From the NCBI RefSeq assembly GCF_046154385.1, contig NZ_JBJXFW010000006.1:38705-102704 (forward strand): a stretch of DNA of 64,000 bases, written 5' to 3'. Of the stretch, positions 30,521 through 40,221 are shown one piece after another. Origin of the DNA: Sphingorhabdus sp. Lineage in GTDB: Bacteria; Pseudomonadota; Alphaproteobacteria; Sphingomonadales; Sphingomonadaceae. The stretch's first letter is position 1. Each line of letters opens with the position of its first letter. The notes under the pieces were generated by a model. It was given only the letters and a program-made list of their open reading frames with translations, was not told the origin of the DNA and made no database searches. A program made the position numbers and the translations under genes.

Positions 30521-31609
30521 ATGAGCGAAGACCTGACACAGCGCCATAGCGCATTCCGTTTCCATGGAAGCTGGCAGGAATTTGCCAAAATTGCCTTTCC
30601 CAATCTGTTGCTTACCATCGTTACATTGGGCATTTACCGTTTCTGGGCGACCACGCGGGAACGGGAATATCTGTGGGCGCAAACCGATTTCATTGATGAA
30701 CGGCTGGAATGGACGGGCAAAGGATTGGAGCTGTTTATCGGCTTCATCATGGTATTCTTGCTGCTCGGTCTGCCGATAATTGTCATGCAGCTTGTCTCCC
30801 AAGGCCTCATTTTCCGAGGTCAGACTTTCATTGCAGGCGTTGTTACCATCGCCATGTTTGTAATGTTGTTTTACCTCAGCGGCGTCGCCTATTTCCGTGC
30901 CCTTCGCTACCGCCTTAGCCGCACCTATTGGCGGGGTATTCGGGGGGGGAGCAACGATCCCGGCTTTGGGTACGGGATTTCCTATATGTGGAAAAACATT
31001 GTCGGCGTGCTGCCGATTTTCCTGCTGGTACCATGGTCTATGATCTCTCTGTGGAATGAACGTTGGAATTCGATGAGCTTTGGCCCGCACAGCTTCGAAT
31101 CCAATGCCCGGTGGCAACCGTTAATGAAGCGCTATCTGCTTTTTTATCTGGTTCCATTTCTGATGTTCGTCGGCGGGATAATTTTAGGGATTGCCGCAGC
31201 GACTTCCGGCGGGCAGCTCGGGGGGCTGGGCGGTACCGGTATGGCCATAGGTAGTGTATTGGTCGTGGTTGCTATCTTAAGCCTCTATATCATCTTGCCG
31301 CTGGCTGCTCTTGCCTATTACAGCAAATATTTCCGGATCGCTGTAGGCGGCCTTCGCCTGCATAATCTGGAATTCGATTTTCGCGCAAGGGCGCCGGACT
31401 GGATCCTCTTTTTTCTGGCAAATATGGTAATTGTCATCTGCACGCTCGGGATTGGCTATATCTTTATGCCTTACAGAAACTGGAAATTTTTTATCGACCA
31501 TATGGAAGCCTATGGCGAGATTAACATTGACGAACTGACCCAGTCCAAGACCATTGTGTCAAAACATGGCGAAGGTTTGCTCGACGCCTTTGATGTCGGT
31601 GCGATCTGA
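30521..31609 (+). CDS. DUF898 (YjgN-like) polytopic membrane protein
   Basis: FRFHGSWQEFAKIAFPNLLLTIVTLGIYRFWATTREREYLW, with a second half repeating ...YYSKYFRIAVGGLRLHNLEFDF.... This duplicated architecture is typical of DUF898. Confidence 0.7.
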   Translation: MSEDLTQRHSAFRFHGSWQEFAKIAFPNLLLTIVTLGIYRFWATTREREYLWAQTDFIDERLEWTGKGLELFIGFIMVFLLLGLPIIVMQLVSQGLIFRGQTFIAGVVTIAMFVMLFYLSGVAYFRALRYRLSRTYWRGIRGGSNDPGFGYGISYMWKNIVGVLPIFLLVPWSMISLWNERWNSMSFGPHSFESNARWQPLMKRYLLFYLVPFLMFVGGIILGIAAATSGGQLGGLGGTGMAIGSVLVVVAILSLYIILPLAALAYYSKYFRIAVGGLRLHNLEFDFRARAPDWILFFLANMVIVICTLGIGYIFMPYRNWKFFIDHMEAYGEINIDELTQSKTIVSKHGEGLLDAFDVGAI

Positions 31610-31612
31610 TCG

Positions 31613-32698
31613 ATGGATAATTTCTTCAACGTTTGGCATTATGACGGCCGCAGCGCGGTTCGCCGTAAGGTTGAGGTCCAGACTATCGGGCGGCAGTTCT
31701 TCCTGGTCGAAAATGAGCGTCGGCACGGGCCGTTTTCTTTTTCCGATGTGGAATATGTGACGCGCAAGGAAAATGTCGACGTTTATGGCTTGGCGGATAT
31801 CGACGGATGGCGGCTTATGATCTCTGGGCCTGTTCCCAAGGAATTGTTGGAGCTACTGCCGGCGCAGCGTAAATACGGCGGGTGGGTCGACCGGCTGGGG
31901 CTTGGCAAGGCGACCATAGCGTTCGCGCTTGTAAGCGCAGCCGCGGTCGCAGTCGTTCTTCTTAGTCCACAGTGGCTTGCCCCATTGATTCCTTCCAGTG
32001 TCGACAGAAAATTGGGCGAAGCGCTGGTGGGTGATTTTGGCGGACGCTTCTGCAGCACGCCCGCCGGAGACGCGGCGTTGCAAAAGCTGGTACGTTCCAT
32101 CGACCCCAATCCGCAAGACCTGCAAGTCGAAGTGGCCAAGATCGACATGATCAACGCGGTCGCCCTGCCCGGTGGCAAAGTGATTTTGTTCGATGGTCTG
32201 GTAAAACAGGCCCGCTCACCCGACGAAGTGGCCGGTGTCCTCGCCCACGAAATTGGCCATGTGCGCGAAAAGCATGTGATGCAGGCGTTGTTGCGGCAAA
32301 TGGGCCTCGCCGTCGTGCTCGGCGGCGTGGATGGAAATAGCGGTGCGCTTGTGAACAACATGCTCGCCATGAGCTACAGCCGCGAATCCGAGGCGGAGGC
32401 CGACGCCCATTCGATGAAGGCGCTCGGCGCTGCCAATATCTCACCTGTGGGCACCGCGTCGTTCTTCGACCGACTGTCGGAATTGGACGGTAGCGCCCGA
32501 AACGGAGAGGATGGCCAGGGAGTTGCAGGCTATATGTCCAGTCATCCGCTCTCACGTGAGCGTAAGAAGGCATTTGAAAAGAGCATCATAAAGGGCAAGA
32601 ATTACAAGCCCGCGCTGACCGCCGTAGAATGGACCGAATTAAAGACCATGTGTACGCAGGACCGCAAAGCGAAGTCAGGCTTCGGCTTTGATTTTTAA
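31613..32698 (+). CDS. M48-family zinc metallopeptidase with an extra N-terminal domain
   Basis: HExxH motif VLAHEIGHVREKH and downstream ESEAEADAH. TM segment after an about 90-aa N-terminal domain. Starts 3 nt after the DUF898 stop. Confidence 0.85.
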   Translation: MDNFFNVWHYDGRSAVRRKVEVQTIGRQFFLVENERRHGPFSFSDVEYVTRKENVDVYGLADIDGWRLMISGPVPKELLELLPAQRKYGGWVDRLGLGKATIAFALVSAAAVAVVLLSPQWLAPLIPSSVDRKLGEALVGDFGGRFCSTPAGDAALQKLVRSIDPNPQDLQVEVAKIDMINAVALPGGKVILFDGLVKQARSPDEVAGVLAHEIGHVREKHVMQALLRQMGLAVVLGGVDGNSGALVNNMLAMSYSRESEAEADAHSMKALGAANISPVGTASFFDRLSELDGSARNGEDGQGVAGYMSSHPLSRERKKAFEKSIIKGKNYKPALTAVEWTELKTMCTQDRKAKSGFGFDF

Positions 32699-32739
32699 TG
32701 ATGCAGCGCTATTGCGCGCAAAAGGAGACTATCCCAACC

Positions 32740-32994
32740 ATGTTTCGCCGCCTTTTTATCGATCACCCCAAAAGCGTTGACGAAAATTATGTGCAGCATT
32801 TCGGTGTCGCCGGCCGCTTCGGTTTGACAATGATCTGGGGTGGCATGAAGGCGCTGGTGCATGCGGTCATTCCCGGCCTGTGCATCACTTCGGGCAGCGA
32901 CACCGTCAAGCGGCTTAACACAATCATGGTCGAACAACGCCGTGCCAAAGGGCAGGATGTCGCCCAGACTTTGACGGTTGACTGGGTGATTTGA
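32740..32994 (+). CDS. Small conserved membrane protein (DUF6356-like)
   Basis: MFRRLFIDHPKSVDENYVQHFGVAGRFGLTMIWGGMKALVHAVIPGL resembles the DUF6356 N-terminus as I recall it. AGGAG lies 12 nt upstream. An alternative ATG at 32698 overlaps the M48 stop (TAATG). Confidence 0.55.
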   Translation: MFRRLFIDHPKSVDENYVQHFGVAGRFGLTMIWGGMKALVHAVIPGLCITSGSDTVKRLNTIMVEQRRAKGQDVAQTLTVDWVI

Positions 32995-33731
32995 CACTGG
33001 TGGAACCGCCTGTCCAGTTTCTGAATCGTCCGGACGGGACCCGTCTTGCCTATCGCCATCTTCGCGGCGAAGGCCCAACCATCGTATTTTTACCAGGCTA
33101 CATGTCCGATATGCAGGGCGGCAAAGCGCAGGCGCTTGCCGCATGGGCGCAAACGCAAAATCGGGCCATGTTGCGATTGGACTATTCCGGTTGCGGTGAA
33201 AGTGACGGGGTATTTGAATCAGGAACACTTGATGTCTGGCGCGACGATGTTTGCGCGGTCATCGCTGCGGTCGTCACGGGGCCAATCATTCTCATCGGGT
33301 CGTCCATGGGTGGATGGCTGATGCTTCTGGTGGCGCAAGCTCTTGGCGACCAAGTCGGGGCGCTGGTCGGTATTGCGGCGGCCCCTGATTTTACCGATTG
33401 GGATTTTGACGCAGCCGATAAAGCCACCTTGCTGGAAAAGGGACGGATCGAGCGGCCCAGCGAGTATGGTTATGACGCCATGGTCATTACCCAAGATTTT
33501 TGGACATCAGGTCAGGATAATCTGCAACTGACTGGCCGTGTCGCACTCGATTGCCCGGTACGGCTGATCCACGGACAACAAGATCCGGATGTCCCTTGGG
33601 ATTTTTCACTGAAGCTCGCCGCGTGTCTTCGTTCAGCCGACGTGCAGACGATATTGATAAAGGATGGAGACCACCGGCTTTCGCGCGATCAGGACATCGC
33701 ATTGTTGATCGATGTGGTGGCAAAACTCTAA
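32991..33731 (+). CDS. Alpha/beta-fold hydrolase
   Basis: Nucleophile elbow GSSMGGW, and a catalytic Asp/His region ...IKDGDHRLS. Start could be TTG 32991 or GTG 33000; both overlap or abut the previous stop. Confidence 0.8.
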   Translation: MTLVEPPVQFLNRPDGTRLAYRHLRGEGPTIVFLPGYMSDMQGGKAQALAAWAQTQNRAMLRLDYSGCGESDGVFESGTLDVWRDDVCAVIAAVVTGPIILIGSSMGGWLMLLVAQALGDQVGALVGIAAAPDFTDWDFDAADKATLLEKGRIERPSEYGYDAMVITQDFWTSGQDNLQLTGRVALDCPVRLIHGQQDPDVPWDFSLKLAACLRSADVQTILIKDGDHRLSRDQDIALLIDVVAKL

Positions 33732-33767
33732 TGCGGACGTCCGCCGTGCCGACATTTTGGATATCTA

Positions 33768-34550
33768 ATGCTTCTGCTTTCTCTTTTTCTTCTCCAGTCG
33801 GCCAACCCGGTTTCAGCGCAACCATTGCTGACCCTCGATGAGGTCCAGTTTAACGAGTGCATGAAACTCGCACAAACCGATGCACCGTCTGCGGTAGCCC
33901 TAGCAAATGAATGGACTCAAAAGGGTGGGGGCCATCTTGCAAAAGCCTGTCATGGATTTGCGTTGGCCGCTGATTTCAAATTTGAACTTGCATCTCCAAT
34001 TCTTGCTGATGCAGCCAAAGGTGCGGAAGTTAAATTCGACAACCGCGCCGCCCGTTTTTGGGCGCAAGCGGGAAATGCGGCCATAGCAGCAGGGCGAATG
34101 GACGTAGCATTAGAGTCATTGGATCGGGCGTTGGCAGGTGCATTATTGGATAATGCCGAGCGTGCCGAATGCGAAATTGACCGCGCCCGCGCGCTTGTCG
34201 CGCTCGACCGGAATAGCGAAGCGGAGGCAGCGCTTACCACGGCACGGAGCCTTTCGCCTGAGAACTCTGTTGCCTGGCTGCTTTCCGCTACATTATCACG
34301 GCGGGTTAACAAATTATCCGATGCGCTTGCGTATATCCAGACCTCTGCAGCGCTTGCTCCTCGTGACCCCTCTGTTGCTTTGGAAGCGGGCAATATCGCC
34401 ATTGCCGCAGGGGATGAAAGCACCGCGCGCAAACAATGGGAGCAAGTCCTTGCTATAGCGCCAAACAGCAGGCAGGCCGCGAGCGCAAATACACAATTGG
34501 CAGCGTTGGGGATGAAGCCAACGCCGCCAGAACAAGATCAGTCCAGATAA
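33768..34550 (+). CDS. Secreted TPR-repeat protein
   Basis: Signal peptide MLLLSLFLLQSANPVSAQ. Repeated Ala-rich TPR-like helices (...ALESLDRALAG..., ...EAEAALTTARSLSPENSVAW..., ...ARKQWEQVLAIAPNS...). Confidence 0.7.
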   Translation: MLLLSLFLLQSANPVSAQPLLTLDEVQFNECMKLAQTDAPSAVALANEWTQKGGGHLAKACHGFALAADFKFELASPILADAAKGAEVKFDNRAARFWAQAGNAAIAAGRMDVALESLDRALAGALLDNAERAECEIDRARALVALDRNSEAEAALTTARSLSPENSVAWLLSATLSRRVNKLSDALAYIQTSAALAPRDPSVALEAGNIAIAAGDESTARKQWEQVLAIAPNSRQAASANTQLAALGMKPTPPEQDQSR

Positions 34551-35299
34551 TATTCCACCGTGGTAACGACCCGCACCTTTTTATAAGGTGAATCCGAAAC
34601 ACCCCAGCCGCCTGCGCTATCGCCGTCACGGGCAGTGACTTCGAAATAGCCTTGGGTCGCCGATTTGATGCTGCCGACGCCGGTGCCGCTGTCTTTGGCA
34701 AATTGCTCCGCAGATTTGCGCGCGTCCTTTGTCGCTTGGGCGATCATTTCGGGCTTGATGGCGTTCAATTTGGTAAAGGTGTACGACATGCCCGACCCCT
34801 CCTCCAACTCGACGCCGCTTTTGACCAGATCAAACTGCCGCTTCACGGCGGCTTCGGCCTTTTTGATGTCGGTGGTACGCAGCGACAGGCGCTGCTTCAC
34901 CGTATAGGTGGGAATGCCGTTTTCATTATATTGCGAGACATTGGCGCCGGTTGGCTGCAGGGCATCGGCATCGAAACCGAGGCTGTTGAAGAATCCACGG
35001 ATTGCCTTTGTGTCGCCGTCGACTTTGGACTGCGCCGACTGCAAATCACCCGCCTTTGCCGAATAAGCGATCGTCCATGTGGCAAGGTCGGCGGTCACAT
35101 CGCGTTCCGCAAGCCCGCGGACGGTTACCGCGCGGTCGGACTGTTTCATCCGCACCAGCCCGTCACCCATCAGATAGCCACCCGCCACAAGGCCCGTCGC
35201 CAAAAGCGCCGTTCCTGCGAGCCATGCCTTACCCTGATTGGCGGTCAGCTTACCCAACCAGCTTGTTCCATTTATTTCACCCGCATCATCACCCATCAT
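34538..35299 (-). CDS. SIMPL (DUF541) domain periplasmic protein
   Basis: TM/signal segment KAWLAGTALLATGLVAGGYL followed by the SIMPL-like ...VTVRGLAERDVTADLATW...IAQATKDARKSAEQFAKDSG...VRVVTTVEYYL. Start set at the MMGDD ATG (35299). Confidence 0.75.
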   Translation of the reverse strand: MMGDDAGEINGTSWLGKLTANQGKAWLAGTALLATGLVAGGYLMGDGLVRMKQSDRAVTVRGLAERDVTADLATWTIAYSAKAGDLQSAQSKVDGDTKAIRGFFNSLGFDADALQPTGANVSQYNENGIPTYTVKQRLSLRTTDIKKAEAAVKRQFDLVKSGVELEEGSGMSYTFTKLNAIKPEMIAQATKDARKSAEQFAKDSGTGVGSIKSATQGYFEVTARDGDSAGGWGVSDSPYKKVRVVTTVEYYLD

Positions 35300-35443
35300 C
35301 TGATCCTTGAAAATTCTGCCCCGCAGCCTTGTGCACCCCTTGCGCCGGATACTGTCAGGGTCCATCTGTTGCGTCGACCTATTGCATGCTTTGCTATAGT
35401 ATTGACGATGAACCGTGCGTTAATAGAGATGAATGGAGTTATT

Positions 35444-35884
35444 ATGGCGACGAAATATCTGCACACGATGATCCGCGTCACCGACCCCGATGCGACTGTC
35501 GCCTTTTTCAAACTGATCGGGCTGGAGGAAGTGCGGCGTTTCGACAGCGAAGCGGGGCGCTTTACGCTCATCTTTCTCGCCGCGCCCGGCCAGGACGGGA
35601 TTGCGGAAGTCGAGCTGACCTACAACTGGCCGCCCGCCGATGGCAGCCCTGCGGAAGATTATAGCGGCGGCCGGAATTTCGGGCATCTGGCCTATCGGGT
35701 CGACGATATTTACGTAACCTGCCAGCGGCTGATGGATGCAGGTGTCACCATCAACCGTCCGCCGCGCGACGGCCATATGGCCTTTGTCCGCACACCAGAC
35801 GGCATCTCGATAGAACTTCTGCAGGAAGGCCATCTGGAGCCTGCGGAGCCTTGGGTCAGCATGCCCAATGTCGGGAGCTGGTAA
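35444..35884 (+). CDS. gloA: Lactoylglutathione lyase (glyoxalase I)
   Basis: YLHTMIRVTDPDATVAFFKLIGLEEVRR...ELTYNW...GHLAYRVDDIY...PDGISIELLQ is the VOC/GloA pattern. GGAG RBS. Confidence 0.88.
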   Translation: MATKYLHTMIRVTDPDATVAFFKLIGLEEVRRFDSEAGRFTLIFLAAPGQDGIAEVELTYNWPPADGSPAEDYSGGRNFGHLAYRVDDIYVTCQRLMDAGVTINRPPRDGHMAFVRTPDGISIELLQEGHLEPAEPWVSMPNVGSW

Positions 35885-35886
35885 TA

Positions 35887-36609
35887 ATGCTAAAGATTGT
35901 CCGCATTCCGGTCTTGTCCGATAATTATGTCTGGCTGGTGCACGAACCGGTGAGCGGCGAGACCATGGTGGTCGACCCTGCCGTTGCACCCCCCGTTCTG
36001 GAAAAGGCGGAAGAGCTCGGCTGGAAGATTTCGCAGATCTGGAACACCCACTGGCATCCCGACCACACCGGCGGCAATGCCGAGATAAAGCAGGCCACCG
36101 GCTGCACGATCACAGGGCCGGCCGCCGAAGCGGGGCGTATCCCGACATTGGATGTGCAGGTGAAGGGCGGCGATGTTGTGCGGCTGGGCGATGTGACCGC
36201 TGATGTCCTTGATGTCCCGGCGCACACGGCAGGCCATATCGCCTTTCACTTCGCCGAAGATCAGGCCGCTTTTGTGGGCGACACGTTGTTCGCAATGGGC
36301 TGCGGGCGTTTGTTCGAGGGCACGGCGGAGCAGATGTTTGGCAACATGCGCGCGCTCGAAGCGCTGGGCGACGACACGGCCATCTACTGCGCCCATGAAT
36401 ATACCTTGAGCAACGGCCGCTTCGCCCTCACCGTCGAGCCGGACAACACGGCTTTGGTGCAGCGCATGGCAGAGGTTGTCGCCTTGCGCGATCGGGGGGA
36501 ACCGACAGTGCCGACCACCATCGCTCTCGAAAAGGCGACCAATCCCTTCATGCGTGCCACATCCGTGGCCGAACTCGCCGCACGGCGCGCTGCGAAGGAT
36601 GCCGCGTAA
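35887..36609 (+). CDS. gloB: Hydroxyacylglutathione hydrolase (glyoxalase II)
   Basis: IPVLSDNYVWLV and the metallo-beta-lactamase motif THWHPDHTGGN, followed by ...VPAHTAGHIAF...CAHEYT. Confidence 0.92.
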   Translation: MLKIVRIPVLSDNYVWLVHEPVSGETMVVDPAVAPPVLEKAEELGWKISQIWNTHWHPDHTGGNAEIKQATGCTITGPAAEAGRIPTLDVQVKGGDVVRLGDVTADVLDVPAHTAGHIAFHFAEDQAAFVGDTLFAMGCGRLFEGTAEQMFGNMRALEALGDDTAIYCAHEYTLSNGRFALTVEPDNTALVQRMAEVVALRDRGEPTVPTTIALEKATNPFMRATSVAELAARRAAKDAA

Positions 36610-36651
36610 GTTGGGATTCGACGAGGAGTAGTATTCAAGAAGAAGGAAACT

Positions 36652-36897
36652 AAGTTTCAGGATGAAGTCTACCTACTCCGCGAACTCTGCGAACTCTGCG
36701 TGAACCAGAAACACGGCGCTAATGGGTTCACGCGGAGACCGCAGAGTATGCGGAGGTAGGAATTGGGCCAGTCAATGAAGGCACCAATCCCCCTCCCGCA
36801 AGCGGGAGGGGTTAGGGGAGGGGGCGGACCGCTGGTACGCCTTGCGACCTCACCGACTCACCCTCCCCCGGCCCCTCCCGCTTGCGGGAGGGGAGTA
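36652..36897. repeat. Composite intergenic repeat (C part + GC-rich hairpin B part), copy 1
   Basis: C part: GTTTCAGGATGAAGTCTACCTACTCCGCGAACTCTGCG...GCGTGAACCAGAAACACGGCGCTAATGGGTTCACGCGG. B part: CCCCCTCCCGCAAGCGGGAGGGGTTAGGGGAGGG...GACTCACCCTCCCCCGGCCCCTCCCGCTTGCGGGAGGGG. Aligns by eye at roughly 80% identity with the reverse complement of 46205-46485. Confidence 0.85.
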
Positions 36898-36912
36898 GAG
36901 ATGGGTCACGGC

Positions 36913-39900
36913 CTAATGAAAATCGCGCGATCTCGGCAGGATGCGGACGTCGCGCGGGTGGCCATGACGGGGGGCGACAGGACGGGCAAATTCGTCCGAC
37001 CGGCTGAGCGGAACATTGGGATCATGGTCTTCGGATAGCCGGTCCAGCTCATGCGTCCGGTCGGTAATCGTCGTCGCCATCAGGTGGACAACACCCTCCT
37101 TGCTGCGCTGCACTTCCCCTTCAATCACCATCAGGCGCGCGCCCATGACAGCGCGCCTTTGCCGCTCGAACAGGCGTGCCCATAAAAGGGCGTTGATGAC
37201 GCCCGTCTCATCCTCGATGGTGATGAAAATGGCATTGCCCTTCCCCGGGCGCTGCCGTGTCAGCACGACCCCGGCAGTCTTCACCCGAGAACCGTGCCGC
37301 GCCTTGTCGGTCTCGGCACAGCTCAATATCCCCTCGCGCGCAAATACCGAACGCAGGAACTGCATCGGATGCCCTTTCAGCGACAGCCGCGTCATCTGGT
37401 AATCCGCAGCCACATGCTCGCACATCGGCATGACGGGTAGGCGGGCGTCCATCTCTTCGGCCAGTTCGCGCGCATCCGCTGCGGCAAAAAGGGGAAGCTG
37501 GTCCGACGGCGTCCGCCGCGCCTCCCATCCGGCGGCGCTGCGGTCGAGACCCAGGGACCGCAGCGCATCGGCATCGGCCAAAAGATGCAGGCCGCGCGAC
37601 GGCAAGGACGCCTTGTGCGCGAGCTCCTCCATGGAGGCAAAGGGCTGTGCGGCAACAACCGCCCTGGCCCAATCCTGCCGGAAATGATCGACCTGCCGAA
37701 ATCCCAGCCGCAAGGCCCCTTCTTCGATGCTATTGTCCCACTGGCTGAAATTAATGTCGATCGGCCGGACCTCGACCCCGTGCGCCCGCGCATCCTGCAC
37801 CAATTGCGCGGGCGCGTAGAAGCCCATGGGCTGGGAATTGAGCAGGGCAGCGGTGAAAATAGCGGGGTGATGGCATTTCAGCCAGGACGACACATAGACC
37901 AGATGGGCAAAGGCCTGCGCATGGCTTTCCGGAAAGCCATAGCTGCCAAAGCCTTCAATCTGCTTGTAACACCGCTCGGCAAAATCACGCTCATAACCAC
38001 GGCGCACCATGCCCTCGATCATCTTGTCGCGATAATCGGGCATTGTCCCCACATTGCGGAACGTCGCCATCGCGCGACGCAATCCATTGGCCTCATCCGG
38101 GGTGAAGGCGGCCGCAACCATGGCAAGCTTCATGGCCTGTTCCTGAAACAGCGGCACGCCACAGGTGCGGTGAAGAATGTCGTACAGTTCCCGCGGGTCA
38201 TGCGGCGGGGCGGGTGCAGGGAAATCGACGGGCTCTTCCTTGTTGCGACGGCGCAGATAGGGGTGGACCATATCCCCCTCGATAGGCCCGGGGCGGACAA
38301 TCGCGACCTGGATGACCAGATCGTAAAACTCCTTGGGCTTCAGCCGGGGGAGCATGTTGATCTGCGCGCGGCTTTCCACCTGGAAGGTGCCGATGCTGTC
38401 GCCCTTTTGCAGCATCTGGTACACCGCCGGATCCTCTGCCGGTATGCTGTCCAGACGATAATCGCCCAATCCGTTTTCCCGGATGAGGTCGAGGCTTTTG
38501 CGGATACAGGTCAGCATCCCCAGCGCCAATATATCGACCTTTAACAGGTTGAGCGCGGCAATATCGTCCTTGTCCCACTCGATGAAAGTGCGATCTTCCA
38601 TGGCGCCATTATGGATGGGAACGGTTTCATCCAGACGGTTTTCGGTGAGCACAAAACCGCCGACATGCTGCGACAGATGGCGCGGGAAATCGAGCAACTG
38701 GCCGACCAGCGCATGCAGTTGGGCAATCTGCGGATTGGCCGGATCAAAGCCTGCCTCCACCAGCCGCTCTTCGGGCAATTCCCGCCCGAAACTGCCCCAG
38801 ATCGTTCCCGCCAGCCGCGCCGTCACATCCTCGGTCAGCCCCAGCGCCTTGCCAACCTCGCGCACCGCGCTGCGCGGACGATAATGGATCACGGTGGCGG
38901 CGATGGCGGCACGGTGGCGTTTGTACCGCTGGTAGATATATTGCATGACCTCCTCGCGGCGCTCATGTTCGAAATCCACATCGATGTCGGGCGGCTCGTC
39001 CCGCTCTTCCGACAAAAAGCGCGAGAAGAGCAGATTGTTGGCGACAGGATCGACCGAGGTAATCCCCAGCAGATAGCAGATCACCGAATTGGCGGCAGAG
39101 CCTCTTCCCTGACACAAGATGGGCGGTTCTTGCGTGCGGGCAAATCGGACGATGTCGTGCACGGTCAGGAAATAAGGTGCATAATTCTTCTGCCGGACAA
39201 GCTGGAATTCCTCCTTCAGCATCTTCACCAATTTGGGCGGCAACCCATCGGGATGGCGACGCTGCGCCTCGGTCATGACCAAATGTTCCAGCCAGCCTTG
39301 TGCATCCCAGCCTTCCGGCACGGGCTCATGCGGATATTCGTAACCCAGCTGCGCCAGATCAAAAGAGATCTGCCGCAACAGGCGGGACGTTTCGGCAATG
39401 GCGTCAGGACAATGTGCGAAAAGGTCAGCCATCTGGCCGGGCGATTTGAGATACCGCTCCGCATTGCTGTCCAGTCGGGCACCAGCCTGTGCCACAGGGA
39501 CGCCGAGGGATATTGCCGTCAGGACATCGTGCAAGGGCCGGTTCCGGCACTCTGCATAGAGGGCGTCGTTCGTGGCGAGCAGGGGAACACCCAAATGCTG
39601 GGCCAAAAGGCGGGATTGTTCGAACTGGCGCCTGTCGCTGCCCTGAAGATGCATGGACACCCCCAACCAGACGCGGTCGGGCGCGCATTTTTTCAGGCGC
39701 AGCAGAATATTCTCGATCCCCTGCGGCGTTGGCTCCACCAGGCGCAACCCTTCGCTGCCGTCATGATGATCATAGGGTACAGGCCTGCCCTGCGGCGTAT
39801 TTTCCTGCGCCGTGGACACAGGCAAAAGGATGAAGAGTATATCCTGCGCGTGCGCCGCCAGATCGTCGAAATAAAGGATGCAGCCCCCCTTTTTCGACCG

Positions 39901-40221
39901 CATATTCCCGGTTGTCAAAAGCCGGGTCAGCCGTCCCCACCCCAGACGGGTGCGGGGATAGGCGACAATATCCGGCGTCCCGTCGGCAAAGACCAGCCGC
40001 GCGCCGGTTACAAGCCGGAAACCTTGGGGCAATAGGGATTGGGCACGGGCGGCTTTGACCGCACTCCACGCCCGCACAACACCTGCCACACTGTTACGGT
40101 CGGCTATGCCAAGTGCCTTCATACCAAGTGCGGCCGCCTGCAGCACCATCTCCGCCGGAGAGGATGCGCCGCGCAAAAAGGAATAATGGGTTGCAGCAAC
40201 CAGTTCGGCGTAGGCAATCAT
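36913..40221 (-). CDS. dnaE2: Error-prone DNA polymerase III alpha-like subunit DnaE2 (ImuC)
   Basis: 1102 aa. PHP N-terminus MIAYAELVAATHYSFLRGAS, plus ...PDIDVDFEHERREEV... and ...LLKVDILALGMLT.... Third gene of the imuA-imuB-dnaE2 cassette; ATGA overlap with imuB. Confidence 0.95.
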   Translation of the reverse strand: MIAYAELVAATHYSFLRGASSPAEMVLQAAALGMKALGIADRNSVAGVVRAWSAVKAARAQSLLPQGFRLVTGARLVFADGTPDIVAYPRTRLGWGRLTRLLTTGNMRSKKGGCILYFDDLAAHAQDILFILLPVSTAQENTPQGRPVPYDHHDGSEGLRLVEPTPQGIENILLRLKKCAPDRVWLGVSMHLQGSDRRQFEQSRLLAQHLGVPLLATNDALYAECRNRPLHDVLTAISLGVPVAQAGARLDSNAERYLKSPGQMADLFAHCPDAIAETSRLLRQISFDLAQLGYEYPHEPVPEGWDAQGWLEHLVMTEAQRRHPDGLPPKLVKMLKEEFQLVRQKNYAPYFLTVHDIVRFARTQEPPILCQGRGSAANSVICYLLGITSVDPVANNLLFSRFLSEERDEPPDIDVDFEHERREEVMQYIYQRYKRHRAAIAATVIHYRPRSAVREVGKALGLTEDVTARLAGTIWGSFGRELPEERLVEAGFDPANPQIAQLHALVGQLLDFPRHLSQHVGGFVLTENRLDETVPIHNGAMEDRTFIEWDKDDIAALNLLKVDILALGMLTCIRKSLDLIRENGLGDYRLDSIPAEDPAVYQMLQKGDSIGTFQVESRAQINMLPRLKPKEFYDLVIQVAIVRPGPIEGDMVHPYLRRRNKEEPVDFPAPAPPHDPRELYDILHRTCGVPLFQEQAMKLAMVAAAFTPDEANGLRRAMATFRNVGTMPDYRDKMIEGMVRRGYERDFAERCYKQIEGFGSYGFPESHAQAFAHLVYVSSWLKCHHPAIFTAALLNSQPMGFYAPAQLVQDARAHGVEVRPIDINFSQWDNSIEEGALRLGFRQVDHFRQDWARAVVAAQPFASMEELAHKASLPSRGLHLLADADALRSLGLDRSAAGWEARRTPSDQLPLFAAADARELAEEMDARLPVMPMCEHVAADYQMTRLSLKGHPMQFLRSVFAREGILSCAETDKARHGSRVKTAGVVLTRQRPGKGNAIFITIEDETGVINALLWARLFERQRRAVMGARLMVIEGEVQRSKEGVVHLMATTITDRTHELDRLSEDHDPNVPLSRSDEFARPVAPRHGHPRDVRILPRSRDFH

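Noticed and set aside
36763-37038. ORFs crossing the GC-rich hairpin and MITE-like repeats (36763..37038, 46079..46543, 53617..54168, 53910..54158, 1699..1971, 18232..18606, and the N-terminal part of 45456..46400).
   Set aside because: They translate repeat DNA into recurring pseudo-peptides (PLPQAGE..., PSRLREGLGEGGVPQARLG..., LKQVQGD...). They occur in both orientations and lack RBS or context, so they are repeat-induced artefacts.
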